From Candidatus Woesearchaeota archaeon B3_Woes (GTDB lineage Archaea > Nanobdellota > Nanobdellia > Woesearchaeales > B3-WOES): 64,000 nt of DNA. Location: NCBI GenBank assembly GCA_005222965.1, contig NJBG01000001.1:613533-677532 (forward strand), in the 5' to 3' direction. Positions 38,296-47,499 of this stretch are shown piece after piece (the stretch's first letter is position 1; every line of letters begins with the position of its first letter). Below the pieces are notes generated by a model. That model was not told the origin of the DNA, did no database searches, and was given only the letters and a program-made list of their open reading frames with translations. The translations under genes and the position numbers were made by a program.

Positions 38296-41200
38296 ATGAC
38301 TAGAATCAATAAAATGGTGATGCATGGCTTCAAAAGCTTTGCAAATAGAACAGAATTGTTGTTTGGAGGAGATTTTAACTGTGTTCTTGGCCCAAACGGC
38401 TCAGGTAAATCAAATGTTCTTGATTCATTATGCTTTGTATTAGGAAAGTCAGGGGCAAAAGGCCTAAGAGCAGAAAAATCAGCTAATTTAATTTACAATG
38501 GAGGCAAATTAAAAAATCCAGCAAAACAAGGAGAAGTCTCTATCTACTTTGATAATAAAGACAAGACATTTCCTACAGATGATTCTGAAATCAAAATAAC
38601 AAGAATAATTACTAAATCTGGCCAAAGCAAATACAAAATAAACAATAAGACAAGAACAAGACAGCAAATTCTTGATCTGTTAGCTATAGCAAAAATAAAT
38701 CCAGACGCTTATAATATTATTTTACAAGGAGATATTGCTCATTTTACACAAATGCCTTCTACTGAAAGAAGAAAATTAATAGAAGATATCTCTGGCATAA
38801 GTATATATGAAGAAAAAAAGCATAAAGCATTATTAGAATTAGAAAAAGTTGAAACAAAACTTCAGAATGCCGGCATAATCCTAAAAGAACGTGGAAGCTA
38901 TCTAAAAGAATTAAGAAAAGATAGAGATGAAGCTTTAAAGTATAAAGATATGAATGATAAGATTAAACAAAACAAAGCTTCTTATTTGAACATACAAATC
39001 AATAAAGCAGAAACAAACAAATCTTCTCTGCAAAAAAGCATAGATTCTCAAAAAGAAAAAACAGACAATGTAGATTCTATCATTGGGAAATTACAAAAAA
39101 ACAATCTAGAAAAAAGAGAAGAATTAGAAAAGTTAAATAAAACAATTGAAGAGGGAAGCGAAACAGGCCAGGTTGAATTAACAAGAGAGATAGAAGATAT
39201 AAAAATAATCCTTGCAAAGAACCATACTCAAATAGAGCACCATAAAGATGAAATAAACAGAATAAAAAAACAAAGACAAGATTTAGGAAACGAACTTAAA
39301 CAAGCAGATGAAAAAGTATCTGATTTAGAAAAAAAGAAAGAAGAACTGCTTACTGAAAAAACAAAAAATCTTAATGAAAGAGAAGAACTTGTCAATAAGA
39401 TAAAAAAATTCAAAAACGATAATAACCCGGATGCTGCTGGTGATATTGAACAGGAAATTGTTTCCATAGATGATAATCTTGAAGAGCTGCAAAAAAAGAT
39501 ACATGAATTAAGAGAAAAACAGCAGAATATTATAAGAAAAAAAGACAATGTTGATTACCAAATCAATACATTTAATGAAAGAATAAAAAAAGTACTTCAA
39601 ATAGAAAAAGACAACAAAGACCAGGTTAATCAGCTAAAAAAACAAAGAGAAGAATTTATCAAAACAACAGCAGATCTAAACGATTTATTAAATAATGATT
39701 CTGAAATCTCTAAAAGATTAGCAGACTACAAACAATCTTTGTTTAATAACGAACAGGAATTATCAAAACTAACAGCCAAAAATATAGCCATACAAGAAAG
39801 CATTTACGGAGATATTGCAATAAAAAAGATTCTGGCTCTTAAAAATCCTAAAGTTTATGGAGTTATAGCTGACCTTGGTGATGTTGATTCTAAATATTCT
39901 TTGGCATTAGAAACAGCAGCAGGTTTAAGAATCAAAAGTATTGTTGTTGAAGATGACACAACAGCAGCAGAATGCATAAACTATCTCAAAAAAAATAGAT
40001 TTGGAATTGCTAATTTTCTTCCTTTGAATAAATTAAACATACATAAAAGAGATTTGAAATTTTCTAAAGGGGAAGGATGTCACGGCTTAGCTATTGATTT
40101 AGTCAGTTTTGATAACAAATTCAAAAAAGCATTTGAATATGTTTTTTCTGATGTTTTGGTTGTTGACGATATAGAAACTGCTCGTAAAATTGGAATTGGC
40201 AGTGCTAAAATGGTCACACTAGATGGCGATTTAACAGATATAAAAGGAGGTATGAAAGGGGGCTATAGAGATAAGAAAAAAGGCCTAGGCTTTAAAGCAG
40301 CAGACGTTACAAACCAAATCAAGAAGTTTGAATTAGAAATTTCTGAAATTCAAAATAAAATTTCTAATTCTGAAAAGAAAAGGTCCTCTAATGAAGGAAA
40401 GATTGAGGAATTAAGAAAAACCAAAGCAAATCTTGAAGGAGAGATAATTGTAAAAGAAAAAAGCCTGCATTTAGAAGATAGTGATGTTGATATTAACAAA
40501 AATCAGATTAATGAACTAAAAAACGAATTAGAAAAACAAGACAAAGAACTTGATGAAGTTATTAATAAAATAAGCTCTGTTAACAAAGAAATTGCTCAGG
40601 AAAAAATAAAAAAATCAGATCTTCGTGGAAAAATAAAACAATTGAAAAATCCACTTTTATTAGCCGAGTTAAACACCTTTGAAGATATGAAAACAACGCT
40701 TAATGAAGAAATCATAAGACTTGATACAGAGATAAAAAATATTGATGAACAAAGATCTGAAATGCACGATCCTGAGAAGCAAAAAACACACAATGTTTTG
40801 AATCAAATTGAAAAAGAATCAACTGAATTTTCTAACAAAATAAAAACACTTGAAGAACAAAATTCTGAAAAAGAAATTGTTCTAAAAGAAAAAGAATCTA
40901 AAGCCAATGAATTCTATTCTAAGTTTAAGACAATGTTTGACAAGAAAAAAAGAATAGATGAAGAGGTTAGTGGAAACGAAAAGGTCATTGATTCTAAAAA
41001 AGATGAAAAAAGAGATGTTGAAATAAAACTTAATGGTTTAAGCATTAAGATTGCTGAAATAAACGCAAAATTAGCAGAATTAAATCAGGAATTTGAAGAA
41101 TATCATGGTGTTGATATCTTAACTAATGTATCTGAAGAAGATCTTAAAAAAGAGATTTCTAAATTTGAAAAAATGAGAGAGAACATAGGAAGCGTCAATA

Positions 41201-41775
41201 TGAGATCTTTAGATATTTATGAAGATGTTGAAAAAGAGTATAATATTTTATTAGAGAAAAAGAAAAAACTATCCGAAGAAAACGAAGACGTTGTAAATAT
41301 GATGAATGAAATTGAAAGCAATAAAAAAGAGATGTTTATGAAAACATATGATGCTATAAGAGAAAAATTCAAGAAGAATTTTGCTACTTTAACTAAAAAA
41401 GGAGATGCTGATCTAGAATTAGAAGATGAAGAAACAGTATTTGAAGGGGGTGTAAATATTCGTGTAAAATTAACTGGCACCAAATTTTTAGATATCAGAA
41501 GTTTAAGCGGAGGTGAAAAAACCTTAACAGCTTTGGCTTTTATCTTTGCAATACAAGAACATGATCCTGCATCCTTTTATATTTTAGATGAGGTTGATGC
41601 TGCATTAGATAAACACAATTCTGAAAGATTAGCTGAATTGATTGAACAATACTCAAAAAAAGCACAGTATATATTAATAAGCCATAATGATTCAATTATT
41701 TCTAAAGCTTCTAAATTATATGGCGTGAGTATGACTGAAAATAATGTAAGTAAAATTATTAGCTTAGAAATCTAA
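38296..41775 (+). CDS. smc: Chromosome segregation protein SMC
   Basis: GFKSF, GPNGSGKSN, hinge GVIADL...VTLDGD, LSGGEK, ILDEVDAALD, long coiled coils. Confidence 0.96.
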   Translation: MTRINKMVMHGFKSFANRTELLFGGDFNCVLGPNGSGKSNVLDSLCFVLGKSGAKGLRAEKSANLIYNGGKLKNPAKQGEVSIYFDNKDKTFPTDDSEIKITRIITKSGQSKYKINNKTRTRQQILDLLAIAKINPDAYNIILQGDIAHFTQMPSTERRKLIEDISGISIYEEKKHKALLELEKVETKLQNAGIILKERGSYLKELRKDRDEALKYKDMNDKIKQNKASYLNIQINKAETNKSSLQKSIDSQKEKTDNVDSIIGKLQKNNLEKREELEKLNKTIEEGSETGQVELTREIEDIKIILAKNHTQIEHHKDEINRIKKQRQDLGNELKQADEKVSDLEKKKEELLTEKTKNLNEREELVNKIKKFKNDNNPDAAGDIEQEIVSIDDNLEELQKKIHELREKQQNIIRKKDNVDYQINTFNERIKKVLQIEKDNKDQVNQLKKQREEFIKTTADLNDLLNNDSEISKRLADYKQSLFNNEQELSKLTAKNIAIQESIYGDIAIKKILALKNPKVYGVIADLGDVDSKYSLALETAAGLRIKSIVVEDDTTAAECINYLKKNRFGIANFLPLNKLNIHKRDLKFSKGEGCHGLAIDLVSFDNKFKKAFEYVFSDVLVVDDIETARKIGIGSAKMVTLDGDLTDIKGGMKGGYRDKKKGLGFKAADVTNQIKKFELEISEIQNKISNSEKKRSSNEGKIEELRKTKANLEGEIIVKEKSLHLEDSDVDINKNQINELKNELEKQDKELDEVINKISSVNKEIAQEKIKKSDLRGKIKQLKNPLLLAELNTFEDMKTTLNEEIIRLDTEIKNIDEQRSEMHDPEKQKTHNVLNQIEKESTEFSNKIKTLEEQNSEKEIVLKEKESKANEFYSKFKTMFDKKKRIDEEVSGNEKVIDSKKDEKRDVEIKLNGLSIKIAEINAKLAELNQEFEEYHGVDILTNVSEEDLKKEISKFEKMRENIGSVNMRSLDIYEDVEKEYNILLEKKKKLSEENEDVVNMMNEIESNKKEMFMKTYDAIREKFKKNFATLTKKGDADLELEDEETVFEGGVNIRVKLTGTKFLDIRSLSGGEKTLTALAFIFAIQEHDPASFYILDEVDAALDKHNSERLAELIEQYSKKAQYILISHNDSIISKASKLYGVSMTENNVSKIISLEI

Positions 41776-41945
41776 ACACCTAACCAGCTGTTTCCCCAAG
41801 CATGAAGCATAAGCAACACTATAATTACTAAGATGCACATAATTATTATATGGCCTGGTTTAAACTCTATCTTTGACCTGTAATCATCAAAATATCTTAC
41901 TAATCCCCCCATTCCTGAGGGCATGCTGATTTTATTGTCTACCAT
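41772..41945 (-). CDS. secG: Preprotein translocase subunit Sec61beta, absent from the ORF track
   Basis: MVDNKISMPSGMGGLVRYFDDYRSKIEFKPGHIIIMCILVIIVLLMLH... Confidence 0.9.
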   Translation of the reverse strand: MVDNKISMPSGMGGLVRYFDDYRSKIEFKPGHIIIMCILVIIVLLMLHAWGNSWLGV

Positions 41946-41957
41946 TTTAAATTAAAA

Positions 41958-42304
41958 TAGGGTAAGAGTAAGCCACCTTCTGTAGGAACCTTTGTGTTGT
42001 AATATTACAACGATGCTCCTTCTTAGCATTTAACTAAGCGTTTAAAACTTGCACCGACCAGGTCTCATCGTTTCATCCTTTCGTTTAAAGACGTCAACAG
42101 GTTAACTCGCCCCTGTTACCAGGAGTTTCACCGCATCATCCCATTTTAAACGTGGTTTCGTTTCTGTATGGTTGCCATCCATTACTGAATGAGGTCTTTC
42201 ACCACTGGCCATATTACTTAATTATATTAAGTAATGGTGGGCGGACTTTCCTCAGCAAATCAATACAGAAGCATCAATTCACCGTCAGCTAAGTTCTTAC
42301 CCTA
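41958..42304 (-). ncRNA. rnpB: RNase P RNA
   Basis: Terminal helix TAGGGTAAGA/TCTTACCCTA; GAGGAAAGTCC (CR-I); ACAGAAAC; TGAAAC; GGTGCAAG; ACAGAAGGTGGCTTA (CR-V). Confidence 0.92.
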
Positions 42305-42702
42305 TGTTATAAAAGAACTATTGGCCTTTTAAAAAGGTTATGGTTTTAACAAAAAATATAAACCATCCTATTTTATTAAATAAATTTTTAAAAGATTATT
42401 TTAATTAAAACATTTTTCTATTTCATAACCTGTTTATGATTCAAATTTATTTAAAAAGTTATCGTTTGTGTTTTAGAAAACAACGATCAAAAAGTACATT
42501 TAATAGTATTAGTTGCAATATTACTCATGACACATCTAATTTAAAGAAAAAATAGCGAAAAATCCAATATTTATGCATATTCTTAAAGACTTACTTTTAA
42601 GGTGAAAATCTATTAGACGATAAAAGTTGAATTTTCACAAAAATCTTAAAGAATCGTAAGATTTATATATAAGATAAACACCCCTAATACAAGGGATTAA
42701 AT

Positions 42703-42975
42703 ATGCAAGAAAAACTCTTAAAACAGATGATTGAAAGAATGGATATTTTAATCAACTTAGGCATTCCACCTTTTAGCCCTGAAAAATATCCTGTTTCAGG
42801 ACTTTCCTGCGATATTTTAAAATTGTGTAATGCAGAGAATACTGTGGAAGATATAATCAAAAAAACAGGAAAAAATAGGAACCAGGTTGATGTAAATCTA
42901 AGCAAACTAAGAAGATTAGGGCTTATAAAGTCAATCACCAAAGACGGCAAAATATATTATTTAAGAATAAAGTGA
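42703..42975 (+). CDS. Small N-helix plus winged-HTH protein (type A)
   Basis: TVEDIIKKTGKNRNQVDVNLSKLRRLGLI...YYLR; paralog of 44420..44692. Confidence 0.8.
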   Translation: MQEKLLKQMIERMDILINLGIPPFSPEKYPVSGLSCDILKLCNAENTVEDIIKKTGKNRNQVDVNLSKLRRLGLIKSITKDGKIYYLRIK

Positions 42976-42983
42976 GGTACAAA

Positions 42984-43202
42984 ATGGAATCAAATGATAT
43001 AAAAGCACTCACCAAAAGAATGGATGTAATCATAAACTTAATGATGAGAGATATAAAATTTAATGGAAATAACATAACGGACGCTGAAAAAATCAAATTG
43101 CTCAATGATATGGGTCTTAAATATACAGAAATCGCTGATATTATGGGAAAAACCCCTACTAATGTAAGTGTTGTGCTTGCAAAATTGAAGAGAAAAAAAT
43201 GA
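42984..43202 (+). CDS. Small N-helix plus HTH protein (type B)
   Basis: GAGGT RBS; GLKYTEIADIMGKTPTNVSVVL. Confidence 0.8.
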   Translation: MESNDIKALTKRMDVIINLMMRDIKFNGNNITDAEKIKLLNDMGLKYTEIADIMGKTPTNVSVVLAKLKRKK

Positions 43203-43417
43203 CTGAAGCAATACTACATGAAATTAGTAAAAAATTGGACAAATTGATAGCTATAAGTGCAATTCAAGGAAAAGATGAAGATAGGCAGATAAAAATCCTA
43301 AAATCTCTTAAGTTTACATATAAAGATATTAGTAATCTAATAGGGATACCAGAAGGAACACTAAAAATAAGAGACCATAGAGAGAGGAAAAATTTAAATG
43401 CAAAATCTAAATCCTAA
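43199..43417 (+). CDS. Small N-helix plus HTH protein (type B paralog)
   Basis: ATGA coupling; FTYKDISNLIGIPEGTLK. Confidence 0.8.
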   Translation: MTEAILHEISKKLDKLIAISAIQGKDEDRQIKILKSLKFTYKDISNLIGIPEGTLKIRDHRERKNLNAKSKS

Positions 43418-44123
43418 AATTATCAAATATTTGGAGAAAAAAACAGGTCAAAAAGAAGCAACGATTAGAACTAACATATCATTGCTTAAAAGAACATTCT
43501 CAGGTTCTACATCCAACGCAGTTGCCCATATTTATGCTCAAAAACACGGATATTCTGTTATGAGGATGATGGATCAAGAAGACAAAACGTCCTTACCTAA
43601 CATCGAAGTCAATAAACCAATAAAAATTAGTCAAAAAAAACCAATAAAAAAAGAAAAAATCGTAAAATTCATTAATTACAATTCCTCTGATTATTTTATA
43701 AAATCACATATTTTAGAAGTTAACAGGGCCTATACAAAAGGTTGTTTAACCTCAGTCAATATATTAATAAGAAAAATCATAGAAAATCTAATAATTGACG
43801 TATTAAGAAAAAAATTTCCACCAAATGGAACTAATATTGAACTATATTATGATACAAATCGAAAGAGATACAAAGATTTTAGTGTTGTTCTTGATAGTTT
43901 ATATCAAAAAAGGACGGAGTTTGATGGCACCGATGTGGGAAAAATTATTGAAAGACTAGTGCCTCTAGCAAAAAAAATTAAAGATGACGCTAATGATAAA
44001 ACCCACTCTTGGTTTTATATAGTAAATTCAAAGAAAGAGTTAGATGATTTGTGCATTAATGATATCATAGAATTGATAAAGAAATTAGAAATGTCAGTAG
44101 GAATTCGAAAAGAAGGTGAATAA
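43398..44123 (+). CDS. Two-domain protein: N-terminal helical domain plus HEPN/DUF4145-like C-terminal domain
   Basis: EVNRAY...LIRKIIENLI and KDDANDKTH resemble the HEPN Rx4-6H signature in degenerate form; Lys/Pro linker. Confidence 0.6.
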   Translation: MQNLNPKIIKYLEKKTGQKEATIRTNISLLKRTFSGSTSNAVAHIYAQKHGYSVMRMMDQEDKTSLPNIEVNKPIKISQKKPIKKEKIVKFINYNSSDYFIKSHILEVNRAYTKGCLTSVNILIRKIIENLIIDVLRKKFPPNGTNIELYYDTNRKRYKDFSVVLDSLYQKRTEFDGTDVGKIIERLVPLAKKIKDDANDKTHSWFYIVNSKKELDDLCINDIIELIKKLEMSVGIRKEGE

Positions 44124-44409
44124 AACGAACGAAAAAGAATTACTCTCGGAAATTTTAAAATGGGAAAGACTAAAAGGAATTCAAACTTTAAGGCAGATTA
44201 TACCTGAATTGATAGATACAGAAGAAAAAAGAAAGCTTTATGAAATGACTGATGGAAAAAACGGAATAAAAGAAATTCAATCAAAGGTGACGATCTCCTC
44301 TGGAAAAATCTCTTTATTGTGGAATTTTTGGTATTATAATGGTCTTTTAGAAAAAGAAGGGCAAAAATTTAAGAAGATAATCTCATTAAAGGAGTTAGGA
44401 CTAAGTTGA
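44116..44409 (+). CDS. Small N-helix plus winged-HTH protein (type C)
   Basis: KRKLYEMTDGKN...W..W...GLL...FKKIISL; paralog of 44701..45015. Confidence 0.8.
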   Translation: MNKTNEKELLSEILKWERLKGIQTLRQIIPELIDTEEKRKLYEMTDGKNGIKEIQSKVTISSGKISLLWNFWYYNGLLEKEGQKFKKIISLKELGLS

Positions 44410-44419
44410 GGTGATTTAA

Positions 44420-44692
44420 ATAGATAAGAAACTTGAAGACATCAAAAAACAACTAGATATTATCATTTCATTAATGATCCCTCCTTTCTCCAAGGATAAA
44501 TATAATCTTAAAGAAGGTACTCAAATGGATGTGTTAGAGTTATGTGATTTAAGTTGTACTCAACAAGATATGGCCTCCGAATTAAAAAAGACAAAAAAGG
44601 CAATAAGTAGGGCAATAGAAGAACTTAAATCAAAAAATTTGATTAGAGTTGTAAAAAGGAAAGATAGAAATATCTATTTGAGACTGAAGTAG
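44420..44692 (+). CDS. Type A paralog; probable start is ATA at 44420
   Basis: GAGGTGA RBS 5 nt before an in-frame ATA; the extension DKKLEDIKKQLDIIISLMIPPFS aligns with the N-terminus of 42703..42975. Confidence 0.75.
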   Translation: MDKKLEDIKKQLDIIISLMIPPFSKDKYNLKEGTQMDVLELCDLSCTQQDMASELKKTKKAISRAIEELKSKNLIRVVKRKDRNIYLRLK

Positions 44693-44700
44693 GTGTAATT

Positions 44701-45015
44701 ATGAATAATGATATAATAAAAGAATTAAAGAAGCAGAATAAATGGTTAAGGTTCTTGGCTTTTAACTCTTTGAGAGGCATATTAAGATCTTCTTTAGAAA
44801 ATAATGAACAAAAGCGAATCTATCAATTATCTGATGGCAAAAATAGTACTAATGAGATTTCTAAGAAACTACAAGAAGAAGGTATTAAAATAAGTCATAT
44901 GACTGTATATAATTATTGGAAAAGGTGGAATGCCCTAGGAATTGTTGAACCTTCAGAAAAGTATTCAGGAAGATTCAAAAAAATAGTAAATCTTGATAAT
45001 TTTAATTTAAATTGA
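44701..45015 (+). CDS. Type C paralog, winged HTH
   Basis: AGGTG RBS; KRIYQLSDGKNS...YWKRWNALGIV...FKKIVNL. Confidence 0.8.
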   Translation: MNNDIIKELKKQNKWLRFLAFNSLRGILRSSLENNEQKRIYQLSDGKNSTNEISKKLQEEGIKISHMTVYNYWKRWNALGIVEPSEKYSGRFKKIVNLDNFNLN

Positions 45016-45069
45016 TTTATTGATAGAGATATTGATAAGAATTTTTATATTAAAAGAATATATTTAAAA

Positions 45070-45115
45070 CACCACCGCCCGGATTCGAACCAGGATATCC
45101 TTGCGGAAACCAGCT
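45070..45115 (-). repeat. Intron-less copy of the tRNA-Ser 3' half (positions 38-73), att-like
   Basis: AGCTGGTTTCCGCAAGGATATCCTGGTTCGAATCCGGGCGGTGGTG, 44/46 identical to the spliced 3' half of the gene at 48370-48543. Confidence 0.9.
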
Positions 45116-45158
45116 TACATGCAAATGTTTAAGACTTTACTTATTTTAAAATTAGAAT

Positions 45159-46655
45159 TCACAGTTTTCTTACAATACCTTTATCAGCATCAACTTCAAC
45201 ATAATCTCCGTCTTTGAAAACTTTTGTTCCAACCTGGGTTAAAATAAGACAAGGAATCTTGAATTCTCTGGCCACAATAGAAGTATGTGAAAGTAAAGAT
45301 CCTTGGTCAGCAACAATAGCAGCCGATTTTTTAATTACTGAAGTCAATTCAGTTGTTGTATCTCTAGTAACCATAATGTTTCCTTGTTCAATTTTCTTAG
45401 CTTCATTAACTGAAGTAATAACTTTAACAATGCCCTTAACTTTTCCAGGGTAAGCAACAACTCCCTTAACTTCTTGATAATTATCAACAGATTCTTTCCA
45501 CATTAACTTATTACCCATCTCTACAGCTTTATCTCCCTGATAAATAGTTATCTCCATGTTCTCTAAAAGGATAGTTCTATGTGCTTTTCTCTCAGCAATG
45601 TCCTGCTGATTAGCTTTTGTCCCATCTCGCAGCATCTTTCTGATTTCGTCAGGAGTATTGTAACGTACATCAATCCAGTCTCCAGAATCTGTACGCTTAC
45701 CAATCTCACTCAGCAATGGTCTGGAAACATAAATCCCTTCAACTAAATCAGCCTTGGTGTAATCTAGAATAATCAAAAATTCCTGCATTGCAAAAACAAG
45801 ATTTTTAAAGAAATCTGAACAAGTGTGTGTTGCAAAGAATTCAGCCTGAAACTTTTTGGTTAGCTCAAGTCTTTCATTAGGAGACTTTAAATCCTTCCAA
45901 TCAACATTCCCTGCTTTAAATTCCTCAATTCTCTTCCAGAGATGTTTTTTATAATCTTCTATCTCCCAGGCAGTTCTAATATATTCCTGATGAAATGATC
46001 CATAAAGTTTTACTAATTGATTTAATTTTTCCTTAATCTCTTCTTTTTCACAAAATTCATTAAAAACCTCCAATTTCTTCTCACTAACAATATTCTCAAA
46101 CTCGTTTTGGATTTCAAAAAGTAACTGTTCTTCCTTCTGAACAGTTGTTAGTCTTGTTGGAGTTAACAGAAGTGCAGTAAATTCAATGATTTTACCTTGA
46201 GTCTTTTCACCGTCATTAAGAATTTTTAATAACTCTTTCTCAAATAAATCCTGCAAGTCAGAAACATAAATCGCCCACACCATTGGATGAATTGTAGCAA
46301 GGTAAAGATAATAGTATTTATTAAAGAACCCTATAAGTTCCTCATTTGTTGATTTTGAAAAGTCGATTCCTCCAAACTCTTTAATCTCCTCCAGAGCATC
46401 TTTATAGAATTTATCTAAGTTAGCAAAAAAGTCTGCAGTATATTTCCCTTCCAGCAACTCTTTTTCAGTCAAATTTCTAACTTCTTTTCTGTCATCAATA
46501 TGATAGCAAGTTCTTGCTGGAGGACCATCTGCAACCAATAATGCTTTTTTGATCATAACATCTGTCCTAGGAATTTTAGTTCTGTATGAATCTACTATTC
46601 CATAACCTTCTAAAAAAGTCTGGTTTCTGATACCCACAGTTACATATTTTTTCAT
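45159..46655 (-). CDS. PEP-utilizing enzyme swivel (phospho-His) domain protein, without an ATP-grasp domain
   Basis: KGVVAYPGKVKG...AAIVADQGSLLSHTSIVAREFKIPC...DGDYVEVDADKG. Confidence 0.85.
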   Translation of the reverse strand: MKKYVTVGIRNQTFLEGYGIVDSYRTKIPRTDVMIKKALLVADGPPARTCYHIDDRKEVRNLTEKELLEGKYTADFFANLDKFYKDALEEIKEFGGIDFSKSTNEELIGFFNKYYYLYLATIHPMVWAIYVSDLQDLFEKELLKILNDGEKTQGKIIEFTALLLTPTRLTTVQKEEQLLFEIQNEFENIVSEKKLEVFNEFCEKEEIKEKLNQLVKLYGSFHQEYIRTAWEIEDYKKHLWKRIEEFKAGNVDWKDLKSPNERLELTKKFQAEFFATHTCSDFFKNLVFAMQEFLIILDYTKADLVEGIYVSRPLLSEIGKRTDSGDWIDVRYNTPDEIRKMLRDGTKANQQDIAERKAHRTILLENMEITIYQGDKAVEMGNKLMWKESVDNYQEVKGVVAYPGKVKGIVKVITSVNEAKKIEQGNIMVTRDTTTELTSVIKKSAAIVADQGSLLSHTSIVAREFKIPCLILTQVGTKVFKDGDYVEVDADKGIVRKL

Positions 46656-46656
46656 C

Positions 46657-47499
46657 CTATTTTTTCAGATAATTTTTGATCTTAACATTCCCTTCAATTG
46701 GACGTAAACTTTCTCTGCCATCACGCAGATCTTCCTTAGTATAACCTAAAACCATAACTTCATCATGGTCTTGTGGGAATATATGTCTTTGTTCACTCCC
46801 AAAATTTTTAGACATATTGCAACCAATTGTTCCAAAAGCCGAATATTCCAAATTGAATCCACTTGATGAACATGAAGAAACAACTACAATATTTAAAGGT
46901 TTAGAAGCCTTGTCTGCTTTTTCAATAACACTCCCTTGAAAATTACATACTTGCCTTTCTATTTCATCAAAAGAAGCAAGTGTTTGATCTCCAGGAAACA
47001 CTGCTTGTCGTAAATCCCTGTCAGAATAAGCTCCACTATATAAAGGGTCAAAAGGATAAATTCCCATTTTCACAGGATCAAAACTAATTTCTCTTCCATC
47101 TGGCAATTCCACATAATAAAGACCATCCCATCTTGGTTGAAATCTACTTAATTGGTATGTCTGTTCAGTTTCTATAGGTGGTTGTTCAGACATCTGTCCA
47201 GATAAGACAGCATTAAGGCTATCATCTGGAATAATAATTCCATTATATCCAACTTCTTCCTTAATTCTTTCTAAAGTCTGATTATGTCTTTTTAACGTAC
47301 CAGTTAAAATACAATTAAGATTTTCAATACTCTTTACTAATTGAGAAAGATCACTAACAGCTACTCTACCTTCTTTAGTCAATCCAGTATCTCTTTCACC
47401 AAAGCCCTGTCTATTTTGAACAGACTCTTGATGTCTTATAAAATACAAAGTTAACAATAAATTATTCTCATCCATTTTAACAATTAAGTGCTTTTTCAA
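46657..47499 (-). CDS. Histidine phosphatase superfamily protein
   Basis: LYFIRHQES...GLTKEG...LKRHNQT (RHG-like motif); the start could be the internal ATG. Confidence 0.7.
   Translation of the reverse strand: MKKHLIVKMDENNLLLTLYFIRHQESVQNRQGFGERDTGLTKEGRVAVSDLSQLVKSIENLNCILTGTLKRHNQTLERIKEEVGYNGIIIPDDSLNAVLSGQMSEQPPIETEQTYQLSRFQPRWDGLYYVELPDGREISFDPVKMGIYPFDPLYSGAYSDRDLRQAVFPGDQTLASFDEIERQVCNFQGSVIEKADKASKPLNIVVVSSCSSSGFNLEYSAFGTIGCNMSKNFGSEQRHIFPQDHDEVMVLGYTKEDLRDGRESLRPIEGNVKIKNYLKK

Noticed and set aside
38296..41775. SMC as part of a Wadjet/Lamassu-type defence system with the downstream HTH operon
   Set aside because: Canonical full-length hinge-containing SMC, separated from the operon by Sec61beta and rnpB, with no jet-like partners
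45070..45158. Split-tRNA 3' half (Nanoarchaeum-like trans-splicing)
   Set aside because: The leader is AT-rich with no complementary partner visible in the window, and the copy carries two substitutions including C72T. An att scar is more parsimonious, though a partner outside the window cannot be excluded.
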